A stretch of DNA of 64,000 nucleotides from a virus (Duplodnaviria > Caudoviricetes), in IMG/VR virus record IMGVR_UViG_3300050821_004020, positions 9,302 through 73,301 of that record; one strand, given 5' to 3'. The notes beneath the pieces were generated by a model. That model was given only the letters and a program-made list of their open reading frames with translations. It was not told the origin of the DNA and searched no databases. Positions 27,216 through 38,500 of this stretch are shown here, piece by piece (positions within the stretch are counted from its first letter, which is position 1; each line of letters begins with the position of its first letter). Both the position numbers and the translations under genes were made by a program.

Positions 27216-27974
27216 CTATACCTTTTTCGCTGAGCCCTCATACCACCGTCGGCAGTTGAGGCACTGATATCTTTGTTTCTTACGCAGAAGTGTGTAGCTG
27301 AACCCTCTGCGTTGTACGTTCTTACTGCTGCAGGTGGGACACGCCTCATTCGCGGTCAATCCTTGGTTGATCTGCGGATGATTCTTATCCCATGCACGCA
27401 TTAAGCTGTAAACTTCTGATAGCAGCTCAACGTCGTGCATGTTGTACTGCTTCATTTTTGTCCAAGCGTCTTTATCCCCCAGCATGCAGCCCTGCCACAA
27501 ATTAAACCCGGTATGGGGCAGCTTCCTGCCAATCCCCAGGTAGCGGCCTAAGTCGTCCAACTTGTTGCTGTCAAACTTGAAGACCTTCCTGGCGATCTTC
27601 AACGTGTCCACGGTCTTGTATGGTGACGTTGGACTCAGCTCATGCGTCAGGAATCTGGTGTTGATCTTTGGGAGATCAAATTCATCTCCGTTGTGCGCCA
27701 CGATGACGTCAGCCTCGTCCAACAGACTCCAGATCTTCTTGACGAGACTCTTATCGTTTTCTTTGTGACGCTTGTATCCTGCGAAGTCATTCAGGCCTAG
27801 GACGTGTACTTTGTCTTGATGGCCCCACTTCCACGCAACGGACAAGATGTACCAGTCCGCTTTGAAATCGATTACGTTTGTCTGCCACTTGGCCCATACC
27901 CAGCCTAATGACGGGGCCGTTTCTATGTCTATGTACAAAATCTTAGCGGTATCCATGTAGTCTCCGAACTGCAA
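27216..27974 (-). CDS. RNase H-like/DnaQ-family exonuclease with C-terminal Zn ribbon
   Basis: YIDIETAP, HNGDEFD, YNMHDV, CPTC..CLNC. Confidence 0.85.
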   Translation of the reverse strand: MQFGDYMDTAKILYIDIETAPSLGWVWAKWQTNVIDFKADWYILSVAWKWGHQDKVHVLGLNDFAGYKRHKENDKSLVKKIWSLLDEADVIVAHNGDEFDLPKINTRFLTHELSPTSPYKTVDTLKIARKVFKFDSNKLDDLGRYLGIGRKLPHTGFNLWQGCMLGDKDAWTKMKQYNMHDVELLSEVYSLMRAWDKNHPQINQGLTANEACPTCSSKNVQRRGFSYTLLRKKQRYQCLNCRRWYEGSAKKV

Positions 27975-27989
27975 AGTCGCTGCTATTCT

Positions 27990-28640
27990 TTACAGCCCGT
28001 GTCCAACAAAGAGCCCGCCGATAAATCCAGTGATTGCTCCCCACTTAAATCCTCTACGAAATTCTCTTTTTGAGTTCGCCTTCTCCGCGTTCACGTCGTC
28101 AACGTGCGCCTTCTTCTCCGTCTTCATCGCATCGTCTTTCTTACCGCTCAGGTCGTTGCACGCTAGCAGCTGGATATTCAGATCTTGGTTATCGGCGCGT
28201 AACTGAACAAGGTCTTCTTCGTCATCTGCAACCCGGTGAGATGCGGTATCGTCAAATACAAGGGTATCTCCGACTTTAGAATCAGTAGTAGAGACTGATA
28301 CGTGTCCCGATCCCAGTAGCAGTTGTATTCGAGCGGCGAGCTGAGTGGCGTCAAGATTATCATCTGTCTTCTTTTGCTTCTGCGTGTCAATCGCGCGTTG
28401 TTTCATTGCCGCGTCTATCTTGGCATTCAACTGCGCTGTACTAAGCTCGAGCGCGGTCAATTCTTTTTGCATTGCTACGTTATTGCCATCCGATATCGTG
28501 GCCTTATTCTTTTCGTGGTTGTACCACGCGTTCGTAAGATCGCCCTCGAAATGCCAGAGAAGACCGCAGGCAAGGAGAACGAAGAGAAGCCTTTCGTGCG
28601 CTTTAAACCACGCTATGTAATTTGCAAGTGTCATGTCCAT
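27990..28640 (-). CDS. membrane-anchored coiled-coil protein
   Basis: N- and C-terminal hydrophobic segments with coiled coil between. Confidence 0.65.
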   Translation of the reverse strand: MDMTLANYIAWFKAHERLLFVLLACGLLWHFEGDLTNAWYNHEKNKATISDGNNVAMQKELTALELSTAQLNAKIDAAMKQRAIDTQKQKKTDDNLDATQLAARIQLLLGSGHVSVSTTDSKVGDTLVFDDTASHRVADDEEDLVQLRADNQDLNIQLLACNDLSGKKDDAMKTEKKAHVDDVNAEKANSKREFRRGFKWGAITGFIGGLFVGHGL

Positions 28641-28650
28641 TAGTACCCTG

Positions 28651-29064
28651 CTATGGAGTCGCCCGTCTTTTCTTGGCCCACTTGCGATAGGCGGCAGTCC
28701 CGATCCGGCCCGGGTATCCGTGGATCTCTCGGCCCAGGGCCATAGTGGCTGGGGGATAGCTCAGATAGGTCAATAAACGCGCCAGGACGCCCAGCAAGGA
28801 CACCCCGGCTAACTTATGCAGTCCTTGCCTCTTAAAGTTGTTTTCAAGCTTACCTAGGAGGGCATTACAGCGATGGCAGAGCAGGCCCCGGAACAAACCG
28901 GTACTGTGGCAGTGATCAGTGGCAAGTCGTTTACCGTATTGAGGATAGCCGCAACAATAGCAAACCCCGCCCTGGGAGGTGGAGACAATCTCCCATTCGA
29001 GCGGGGTTATACCGAACGCGGTTTTGAGGAACTTCGCGCGTCGTTTGTCATCGGTGGGCTTCAC
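28651..29064 (-). CDS. recombination endonuclease VII-like
   Basis: QGGVCYCC..LATDHCH..RGLLCHRCN. Confidence 0.9.
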   Translation of the reverse strand: MKPTDDKRRAKFLKTAFGITPLEWEIVSTSQGGVCYCCGYPQYGKRLATDHCHSTGLFRGLLCHRCNALLGKLENNFKRQGLHKLAGVSLLGVLARLLTYLSYPPATMALGREIHGYPGRIGTAAYRKWAKKRRATP

Positions 29065-29110
29065 TATGAGGGTTACCTATAAGGCCCCCCAATAGAGTCG
29101 CCCCGCGCGT

Positions 29111-29716
29111 TTATGGTGTTGGTATCACGGCCACAGCCTCATTTGAGTACACGCTCTCGCCGCCTGGGGAAACAGCGGTCACCACAAAGTAGTACGTGTT
29201 CCCCGAGATCAACGCGAGATCGTTGTACGTACAGCATTGGGCCGCGCTGACGAGCTGGTAAGGCCCACCGCTGAAGTTACTTGAATAAACGTTATAACCG
29301 GTTACTCCGGTTGTGGGGCTCGCGCCCCAATTCAGCGTGACGACGTGGCCGACCTGAACGGACAATTGTTTGGACGTCTTGTCCTGCGCCTTTACCGGAA
29401 AAAGAAGGAAGAGTAAAAGAAGCGCTATACCACCAAACTTCTTCATTATTTCTAATCGTGTGCGGCCTTCCCCAATACGATCAAGGATATCTGATACGTG
29501 AAACTTAATCGTACGCACCGTCAGGTTAAGGTTATTGGCTATTTCTTTATTGCTGAGCCCTCGGCGCACGCCTTCAACGACCTGTTGTTGCCGCCCAGAC
29601 AGCAGAAGCGGAGAGGGCGAAACTTCCGCCCCCATCTGCTTCGTTGTCTTAATGGGTATGCGAAGAACAAGGTGCGTCTCCGTCAGCTCCATTGAGACTT
29701 CCGCCTTGCGGATCAC
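29111..29716 (-). CDS. LuxR-type HTH joined to a signal/TM segment and fibronectin type III domain
   Basis: LSGRQQQV..GLSNKEIA..L..RTIKFHVSDI; MKKFGGIALLLLFLLFPVKA; WGAS..GYNVY..GGPY..YYFVVTAV. Confidence 0.8.
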   Translation of the reverse strand: MIRKAEVSMELTETHLVLRIPIKTTKQMGAEVSPSPLLLSGRQQQVVEGVRRGLSNKEIANNLNLTVRTIKFHVSDILDRIGEGRTRLEIMKKFGGIALLLLFLLFPVKAQDKTSKQLSVQVGHVVTLNWGASPTTGVTGYNVYSSNFSGGPYQLVSAAQCCTYNDLALISGNTYYFVVTAVSPGGESVYSNEAVAVIPTP

Positions 29717-30360
29717 GCAGCCCTCACCACGGCATGACCGCGAATCTGGGCTACGTTGGTTGCGGAGTCCGTAACAGTAACGGTAAAGTTAAATGTTCCG
29801 GCTGCGGTGGGCGTTCCCGTGATGGCACCTGTGGCTGGGTTCAGCGTCAGACCAGCTGGCAGACTGCCTGTAGTAATCGCCCAAGTGTAGGGCGCGGTGC
29901 CCCCGGTTGCAGTCAAGGTTGTGCTGTACGCTACGCCAATGTTGGCTGCGGCGAGCGAAGTCGTGGTGATCGTCAATGCGGATAGAATGTTGACGGTATA
30001 GGATTGCGTGGCCGTGGCCGGTGTGGCTTCGGAGTCCGCAACTTTGACGGTGAAGGTTACGGATCCTGCCGTGGTGGGCGTACCCGTGATCGCTCCCGTA
30101 GTCGAACTGATAGTTAGCCCGGCTGGCAGAGCGCCAACAGAGATTGAGAATGTATATGGTGCTACGCCGCCCGTGGCTGAAACGGTAACGCCCGTGTAGA
30201 CCAGACCGACCATTCCCTGGGGAAGCGTAGCCGGTGTGATCGTAACAACGGCAGCATTAACAACAAGGCTCAGGCTTTTCGTTGCGGTATCTGCAGCCCA
30301 AGATGATACAGCTAACAATGCGGACAACAATACTGCGGATAACAGCTTTACTACTTTCAT
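29713..30360 (-). CDS. secreted protein with two He_PIG-type Ig domains
   Basis: Signal peptide; repeated GGxAPYTxxxxxGxLPAGLT..GAITGTPT. Confidence 0.9.
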   Translation of the reverse strand: MKVVKLLSAVLLSALLAVSSWAADTATKSLSLVVNAAVVTITPATLPQGMVGLVYTGVTVSATGGVAPYTFSISVGALPAGLTISSTTGAITGTPTTAGSVTFTVKVADSEATPATATQSYTVNILSALTITTTSLAAANIGVAYSTTLTATGGTAPYTWAITTGSLPAGLTLNPATGAITGTPTAAGTFNFTVTVTDSATNVAQIRGHAVVRAA

Positions 30361-30723
30361 TTATCCTCTCAGATTAATTTGAATTTGAAGTGATGCTGAT
30401 GCGGATGAATCAACAACTTGAATGGTGAATATAAACTGTCCTTTCTCGGTGGGTGTACCTGAAAGCAATCCCAACGGAGTTAGGACAATCCCTGTCGGGA
30501 GACTGCCCTGAGTAATGCTCCATGTTTGTGGCCCTGTGCCGCCCGCCGCCTGTAATTGAAATGAATACGGCACGCTCACTGACGCGACGGGTAAAGCGTT
30601 CGTTGTGATGGTTAACTTACGTTTTGCTGAGACTGCACTGGCGCAACCCAACACGAATGCCAATATCATCAGCTCTACCAGACCGAATAAAATTAATCGT
30701 CTCATTTCAGCCCCCTTTACCAC
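30361..30723 (-). CDS. secreted or lipoprotein with one He_PIG-type Ig domain
   Basis: Signal peptide; GGTGPQTWSITQGSLPTGIVL..GLLSGTP. Confidence 0.85.
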   Translation of the reverse strand: MVKGAEMRRLILFGLVELMILAFVLGCASAVSAKRKLTITTNALPVASVSVPYSFQLQAAGGTGPQTWSITQGSLPTGIVLTPLGLLSGTPTEKGQFIFTIQVVDSSASASLQIQINLRG

Positions 30724-30928
30724 CAGGATTCCGTTCTTGTTGGCGGCTTTCTGTCAGTCTTTCTTCTCAGTGCATTCTTCACTTTAGCTGCTTCCGCTCG
30801 CCGCGCTGCAACTTCTTGGCAGTGAGGATCCGGCATGATGTTGTTTGCAATGCTCTCCTGCTCTCGTAATGAGCGGGGGCAAATTTGAAAGGACATGTTC
30901 ACGCCTGTGAAACTGCTGCATTTTGTGA

Positions 30929-31153
30929 TCATTTCAACAACTTTCTTACCGCTTTCTTGTGAATGCAAACCGCGTGCGGATTAAACGATCTGGCTTCGCA
31001 GGAACAGTACAACCGCTTCTTTGTTCCGGTGACCAAATGAGTTACCCGTGCACGGCTGCGGCTTTGCACGGTAGAGTAAATCCGAATCCCGTGCCGGGGC
31101 TTCTTTGCAATCGTCAACGTCAACACCTTAGGCAACTTCTCTTTCTCTTTCAT
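30929..31153 (-). CDS. SWIM Zn-finger protein
   Basis: YCSCE......CIHKKAV. Confidence 0.7.
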   Translation of the reverse strand: MKEKEKLPKVLTLTIAKKPRHGIRIYSTVQSRSRARVTHLVTGTKKRLYCSCEARSFNPHAVCIHKKAVRKLLK

Positions 31154-31770
31154 TATTCTCCTCCTAGAATTGCGTTCACTAGAATCCGTGCAACCAGCCA
31201 AGAGCCGCCTATGCAGGCAGCGGACAGCAGTAACAGCCACGCTAATGGGATCATCCAAGTGGTCTTGCTAGCTAGCCAGATCTCGAGTTTCATTGTATCA
31301 TCCTCTAAAGGTGCCCAGCCATGACTAACGAAAAAGATAATCCGTATCTCGAGCTAGGCCTGTTGATCGCCGCGTGGGCGGCAGTCATTTACCTAAACTA
31401 CGTAGTATTCTTTCGTAACTAGCTCGAGCCGCGCCGCCCGTTTGACTCATACAGTATATTTCCGTCCAGATCCAAAATGCGGTAGCGCAGCATGCGGCCT
31501 GTCTGAGCCAGCACGGAAGAGTGCGGGCTGATATAGACCCACTCAGGCGGCGAAAAACAGCTGGTGACCAGTGCTTGGTAGATGCGCCCGCTTTCTGGAA
31601 CTACGAAATTTGAAATGATGTGCCGGTTCATCGGAACGCGCCCTCTCTCCGCATTTCCAAGAAACTAAAGAATGCGACCATGGCGACAGCTCCTAGGCCC
31701 AAGAAAAAGTACAGGGCAGCGTAGAGCATCACGGCGCAGAACCACTCCAATGGGCTTCCACCGGGGAGTT

Positions 31771-32223
31771 TCAAAACGGTATCTCCTCCGCGTTCAGCTC
31801 CGGGTTATTCTCAACGACGTCTGGGAGAGCTGGGCGTAGTGCGGCAGGCGTCCATGAGTAACTAGGGCGGGTGCTCCAGTGTTCTTGAAAGGATTGGCGC
31901 AGGCCGATCTCGACGCCGATCTTCTCAACGTAGTCCTTCGCGTCAGCAAGGCCTAGATCCAGCGTGCTACGAACTTCTTTAACCGCGTTGATTAGTTCGC
32001 GCTGCTTGAGGAAGGTGACAACGCGGTTGCGCAGGGACACCTCAGCTACATAGGACGCTGCCTCTAGCTCTGCATCGCGCAATTCATCTAGTGCAGTCCT
32101 GAGATGACGCAGTTCGCTTGCGTGAATATCAACGCCGACAAGCCTGCCAATGACTACATCGTCCGCTAAATAATCCGGCAGGGTAAAATCAAACGCTGAT
32201 GCAGCTTTTACTAGCTTTTCCAT
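31771..32223 (-). CDS. protein with ribosomal L7/L12 C-terminal-like domain
   Basis: INAVKEVRSTLDLGLADAKDYVE. Confidence 0.7.
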   Translation of the reverse strand: MEKLVKAASAFDFTLPDYLADDVVIGRLVGVDIHASELRHLRTALDELRDAELEAASYVAEVSLRNRVVTFLKQRELINAVKEVRSTLDLGLADAKDYVEKIGVEIGLRQSFQEHWSTRPSYSWTPAALRPALPDVVENNPELNAEEIPF

Positions 32224-33559
32224 TTAGCTCTCCCTTTGGATAAAATCACGAACTGTAATGCTGTCCAACCACAGACGGATTTGAACGAACGCCTTCTCTT
32301 GGATATGAAGCAATTGAGCTTGCTCCATCGGGCCCTCGTCAACGTCGATCAGGAGGATAGCTGCCTCGGTGCAAAGCTTCCCGGCCTTGGCCCAGGCTTC
32401 TCTCTTCTGTTGCGGTGTTATCATGATTGTCCTTTCAGCCACTCTGGCAGTGGAATTGAAGCAATCGGGCGATAGATCAAGGCATCCTGTGTTTCATAAT
32501 CAAAAACATGGAATGCGCCTTCGCCCGCCTTCGTTACTTCCCGGCGAATCCGTCTGCTACCGCCGTCAGAAACTTTCAGCATGAGCCCATTGGCGCCCGT
32601 ACGTACTGCAATGTGGAAACGCTTCACAAGTTTGATTCTTTGGACGAGAATATTGGCTGGGTCAAAGGTTATGAATACGGGCTCGTTCGCAACCTTCCAG
32701 TGAGGCTTGGGCGTAGGCTTGCCCTCAGTGAGTGCTGGTGTGGTCAACGCGTAGCCAGGATCAGAAAGGTCAATGGATTCCCAGTGCGCCACACCACGAC
32801 CAGACTGTAGCCAGCCAGCCAACAACCGGGCGTTATCCTCGTGAATGTTTAGAGTATTCATGCGATCACGTCGTACTTACCGCCCTTTACGGGCACGTAT
32901 ACGCCAATGCTGACGGCGAACTGGTACGCGGCGTCCATAATTAGGATTGCCTTGGTGTCGCCCGCTGCTTTGCGTTCACGGAGAGAGTCTTTCAATTCGT
33001 TAACACCACCGCCAGAGATGCCCTGGCCGCTGTAGCTGTCCCATTCACAGTTGTTGACGAACTCAATGCCCTTGGGAATGGGCATCTGTACGCCGATCAA
33101 ATGCGGCGCTTTGCGGACATCGTCAAACGTTAACGCGTCAATAGCTGCGTCTGTTAGTGGGGTCCAATTGGAATTCTCCGCGAGGTGAAGCTCTGCGGCG
33201 CATGGTAGGCAGAAGCTCTCACCGTCAATAATCGTTTCATAGCGTTCCCAGGTGATGTTCTCAATCATCACCCGTTGGCAGCTGCAACACTCAAAGAAGC
33301 CCTCGCTGGGCGAGCCATAGTAACCGTCATGGTGTTCGCACAGAGTGAGGATCCCCTTGGGCTTGTCCGAGAAGATATCGTAATGCAGGTAGTGACGCAG
33401 TTCACCGGAACACTTGCTGGGTTCGTCGTGGTGAGTCCACTCGCAAACTAGCTTCTTGCGATCCAGCACACCGGTGCGGCAGGCCCGTTCGAGCTTTTTG
33501 TCGTAGCCTTTTGATTCTGCTTGCTCATTCAAAACTTTTAACGAGGGTAGAGACCACAT
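32224..33559 (-). other. three hypothetical early genes (32224-32442, 32421-32861, 32858-33559)
   Basis: ORF track; consecutive overlapping minus-strand ORFs. Confidence 0.65.
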
Positions 33560-33754
33560 GATTCCTCCTTAAGAATTGTGCGATTCAAGAACGTTCGCTG
33601 TACCCACTTTGTTGCCGTTCACATCCCTCAGGGTGAATGGAAACTCTTTTAACCGTTCAATCTTTTCAGCCACTTCTCGGAGGATCCTGGGCAATTCGTT
33701 GTTGTCTTCAAATTGCTGCGTTGTCCATTTCGACATACATTTTGAATGTGGCCA

Positions 33755-34057
33755 TCACTTCACCTCTCTAAATTCGACGCCGCGCGGGCAAATGACCACC
33801 ATGGGCTTGCGTCCTTGGGCGCAGGCATCCGCATACCGCTGCGCATCTGCGCGATCCGTCCACGCGTTACGCGTTGCCAACGTGGGTACACCGTCGTCAT
33901 CATTCAGGACCACGATGAAGCGCAGCTTTACCGGTCCCTCGAGCGAGATCCCGCCGTCCATCCTTAGAACGGCCATGTCCTGACCGCACTTCTCGCACGT
34001 TTCGCTGCCTACGCAAGTGTGATCTGCCAGCTTTTTGCTAAGACGTGGATTGATCAT
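33755..34057 (-). CDS. hypothetical protein
   Basis: SD AGGGAG; CxxC pairs. Confidence 0.6.
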   Translation of the reverse strand: MINPRLSKKLADHTCVGSETCEKCGQDMAVLRMDGGISLEGPVKLRFIVVLNDDDGVPTLATRNAWTDRADAQRYADACAQGRKPMVVICPRGVEFREVK

Positions 34058-34590
34058 TGTGTCTCCCTAAAATTTGGCGGTACCCCTTTGCGCCTTGACA
34101 TGTGGCCGGGGCCCTTGCGGGCGGTGCCAGCACATCAACTTGCCGTGGGTCAGGTGGGCGGTAGGCATGTATCCCACCGTCGGCCAACCGCCATCCAGTC
34201 TCCTAGGTGGCTGGGCTAACAACGCCTGTACTCTGGCTTTCGCCTGAGGATTCGGCCCTCTGCCGCACTTTCAGATGCGGCCCCTATTCCCTCTGGAGTA
34301 TCGCAGCACGCTTTGAACCTAGTCCAAACGACCAGTCACTTTCCTTGCTTGCCAAGTTGCTGCAGCAAAAACAAAGCTTCAAACTGCTTTCGCTTGGCGT
34401 CAAAACTTTCGTTGCTTCGTAACACCCGCTCGAGAAGCACTTTCATGTCAGCCTCCAAGAAAGCGTTCTGACCGTGCCTAGAAGCTGGTCGGCGGCTATC
34501 AAAACGCTTACTTGGAAGGGGAGCCGCATGCCAGTAAACTTTGTACCCCTCTCAGGCCGCAGTACTTGGTGCTTGCTCCCTAACAAAACC

Positions 34591-34620
34591 ATTCTCTCAG
34601 AAAAGCCCAAAATTTGTCAA
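34591..34620 (-). promoter_or_regulatory. sigma70-type promoter with AGTACT box at -35
   Basis: AGTACTTGACA-18-GAGAAT; second AGTACT at 34637. Confidence 0.6.
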
Positions 34621-34650
34621 GTACTGTTCTTTGAGTAGTACTATTTTGTT

Positions 34651-34920
34651 TTACACGCCTGGAAATTTGTACGGGATATTGCTGATCCAGCCATAACGAA
34701 ATGCTAGCAGCACCCTGTACTCTTCAATTGTCAAATTCCCTTTCTGTGAATTGCACCAAAGGCACGCTGGTACGATGGTTCCACGCTGTCCTCTGCCGGT
34801 GCGCGATTTAGGGATAATATGATCCCAAGTGTGCTTGGGAAACTTTCTAGCATGCTGACGGGATCCCTTGAAGATCTCACAATTGCAATAAAAACAGAAT
34901 ACACTCATTCGTGTTTCCAA
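34651..34920 (-). CDS. HNH endonuclease
   Basis: CFYCNC..TWDHIIPKS..VPACLWCNSQKG. Confidence 0.85.
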   Translation of the reverse strand: METRMSVFCFYCNCEIFKGSRQHARKFPKHTWDHIIPKSRTGRGQRGTIVPACLWCNSQKGNLTIEEYRVLLAFRYGWISNIPYKFPGV

Positions 34921-35037
34921 TAAGGCACCCGACCATGATTGGGCTCGCCCAGCGCATAGTCGCGTCTGGGTGACCTAGGTGGTTTCTTACGCTTATCTGG
35001 CATGACCTTGACAGCACCAGCTTTCGCAGCTTGTTTC

Positions 35038-35571
35038 CTAGCCCTGCGTTTTGCTTCCTTGACTTTGTTGTATCTCATGTCTGTGTCCGATCTTTTTACC
35101 GGTTTTTGTGTCCGTCCATAGTATAGCACCATTGTTAGGCTTTCTGCGGCAATTCCTGTGATGGCATCCCGTGACGATATACTTGCTTATTTTATGACGC
35201 TGGACTACGACTTCCTGGCAATCCGTGCATGTACCGCGATACCGTCCTGGCTTCACAGCTATATGCTCAGGCGCACACGTTCTAGGGCGAGCCCCGACAC
35301 TGATGGCCGTTAACTTCCATAAACGCCCATGGCCGCTCACGGGGCAAATCGCATGCGCTATCTCATGCAGGATAGTGTTCCTGATATCGTCATCTGAATT
35401 GTGCTCTACGTAGTATTTCGAGAGCAATATTCGCTTAGTACCTCGCTCGCATCGACCGCATATATTGGCGCGGTCCATCCAATGGAATGTCCAAATACCG
35501 TGATCTGGAAATAACAGCCGGTGCTGGATCATTAAGGATTCCGCAAGAGCCTGGGCGTCAGAGAGTTTCAT
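35038..35571 (-). CDS. SprT-like metalloprotease
   Basis: GRC..I.LS..NTILHEIAHA..GHG..WK. Confidence 0.9.
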   Translation of the reverse strand: MKLSDAQALAESLMIQHRLLFPDHGIWTFHWMDRANICGRCERGTKRILLSKYYVEHNSDDDIRNTILHEIAHAICPVSGHGRLWKLTAISVGARPRTCAPEHIAVKPGRYRGTCTDCQEVVVQRHKISKYIVTGCHHRNCRRKPNNGAILWTDTKTGKKIGHRHEIQQSQGSKTQG

Positions 35572-38500
35572 CGTAGCACCCCCTGCAGCACTTGGCGCAC
35601 TTCATGAAAGCGGTGGCCGTCTTGAACTAGCTCACCAAGCTGGGTGAGGTATGCGTTAACTTCCGCTGTGGTTAACTCCTTGACCTTACCCGGCTCGAGG
35701 TTGTAAGCGGTGGCGTGACCGCCCAGGAGCTTGATGTCTGAAATCCGCAGGTTGTTGTCATCCGTTGCCCCGCAATAGTCAATCAAGCGCACGGACGCCT
35801 GTTTGATATCCGTGCCCTCTTCAACGACCAATAAGACGCAACCGCAGCCGATCTTAATCATTCGCATGTATATCTCCTAGCACGTAGTTGATAATAAAGT
35901 CGTGAGCCTCTTGCGCCGTCTCGAATGCGGCCAGCTTCTCATAAGAGCACACTTCAAACGAAGTCTTATAGTCACGCGGCACGTAGCGCTGAATGAAGAT
36001 GTGCCCGTCATTGCGCCGGATTACATAGAAGTTCTCAGTCATGGCGATGCCAAATAGCTTTGCGAGCCTTGGACGTGGTGACAATATTAAACGCGATCTC
36101 TGAGCTAAACGTGTGGCTGACGCCGCCCAGCTCGAGAATGAACATAATCTCGAGGTGGCGCTCGAGAGCGGATTTAATCCGGCGAGCCTCGCGGCGGCGC
36201 ATGGCGGGACGTGGGACAATGATGCCCATTATTCCTCCGTAGCTGCTAGGAATGATTCCCACACTGCGTCGTCAGCCAGATCATTTATGTGACGGCGGCA
36301 TATTACAGCCAGGAGCTAGATCGTCAGCAATTAAGTCTTGAATGCTGAAATCGATGTCCTGGCCGACGCGCTTCTCAACTTCGCGTACTACGTCCCATAC
36401 CGCTACCGCAGCGGATTTAGCTGCTGCGATAATCTCGGCGCGTTCGTCATCCGTATACACCAGTTTGTCGCGGGATTTGGTCATGATTGCACCTTCACCA
36501 TCATAGCGGCCCATTCGGCGCCAGAGTGCTTGACAACAAACTCCATGGACCCCTCCGTGCCTGCTTTGACCTGGGCGCGGCTGGGGATGTAGTTGCCATA
36601 GTAGTCATCCGCTGACATGGGGCCCAGCATGCACTTCCCGGCGCGGATGGCGTCCATCATAGCGCGTCCGTAGCTGCCTTGAAACGACCACGCTGAGCCA
36701 GAGTTGATGGCGCGTTGAATGCTCATGTAATACTCTTCCGGGGAATCCGCTTCGCCCTCAATGTTGTGAACGTCGTTTAGGTCGATCATTTTCGCCTCCG
36801 TTTAGAACTGTATCGTGCTTTCAAAATAATGTCAAGTACTATTTTTGGGTATTTGCGCAGTGTGGGCAGGTCTTGCCTTTGCTATAGCCGTGAATTGGGC
36901 ATTGAACGCCCTCTTCTGCGGTCCCGAATAAGAAGGCATAGAAAACAACTATGAATAGTATAGCAACAATGATAATGGTCATGTTTTTGCCTCGAAATAT
37001 TCCACGTCGTGATTTGGGTTTAGCATACCAATCCGTTGCAGCGTCTCAATACAGGCTAAATGCAAATACCAGATTCTACCCTGGAAAAGCTTTCCCTTAA
37101 TACGACCGTGCGCTAATTCGGGGTCAAGCGGCTCAGAGCACCATACGCAAATCTCCGTCATGGCTGTCTCCAAAATTTGATTGTGTCAAGGATGACAGGG
37201 CCCAGGAATGCCGTGCTCAGAATAAAGAGCGGGATTGCAATGAGAAGGAAAAGCATCAGTGTCCCTCCATGAGCGAAGCAAGGCTAATGAAAATGGAGAT
37301 AATTGATATGATAATCACCGCCTTATTTACCCAATGCAAATCATTCCAGCTCATCGTACCCCCTTATAGTGCTTGAAATCGTTTGTGCTGTACCGATCCT
37401 CGTCGCCGTCTAGATCGAAAGCTTCCAGTGGTTGCGCTATCCTGGCGTACTCTACAGCATCACGCCTGGATTGAAAGAAGGCCTCGTGAGCCTCGCAATA
37501 GTCGCCGTTGTTCTCGCACTTGCAGCGGTCTGCCAAGGTGATGAACCACATCTAAACAAGGCTTGCAAGTGTGGCTGTCCTTGGAGGGGCCTTTACAGTA
37601 TTGGCACTTGCCGGATTGGTTGATCATGCCATCCTCATCAGTAGTTCTTCAGCGCCGTACACCTTGGGCTGACCGCAGGATTCGCAGATGTAGTCTCGAG
37701 CGTCAGGTTCGACGCCATACGCTTCTGCGCCACAAGCAATGCAAAAGCCTGAGTCGCTGCCTTCTTCAATGGCGGTGACGATTCGTTTCAAGGTTACTTT
37801 GCGTTTCATTGCTCCTCCACGGTGGGCGCGTACGCCCGTATGGATTCATAGTGAATTTTAAATGCCTGCAGGCTGGCCCATAGCTCTGGCGCAGGCTGGT
37901 CAATCGGTGCTTGAAAATAGCCCAGCTTCATGTAGCCACAGGTGCAACGAATACCTGGGGTGCCTGTAAGCCCGTCAACAACGCGTTGCGGCCTGTGGAT
38001 CCATGGATAGGGCGAACCCGGGCAAGGCGTCTTGATTGGTACGAAGGCGTCGATCTCGGCGTTTAATTCGGTTATGGTTTGCATTTAGCTCTCCCTTGAA
38101 AAGCCCAGGACGGCGGCGGTGATGTACTTCTTAGCCTCTGCCAATGTGGGGAAGCTGGCCACAAAGATGCCACGGTCGTACAGCTTGCCGGGAATTGGCA
38201 CGGGCCGGTAAATTTCAAATACATGGGCGCTAACAGACGTGGAAACTTCAGCCACGCCCCAGCCCTTGAAGGTGAACTTACGAACCTCTGTGTTGCTGCT
38301 GCTGAAAGCTACCCGCAGGTTGCGCACCCCTCGTCCACGCGGCATTAGCGCTTCTCCAAGCTTGACGTTGACACCATGCAAAAGGCTTTGCTGGTATCGC
38401 CCAGTAGTCGTACGTAGCATTGGCCCATGGTGTTGGCCTTGGGGCAGCCGGGAAGATTGATCACTTGGACTAGATCGCCAACCTCGAGTGGGCAACCGTC

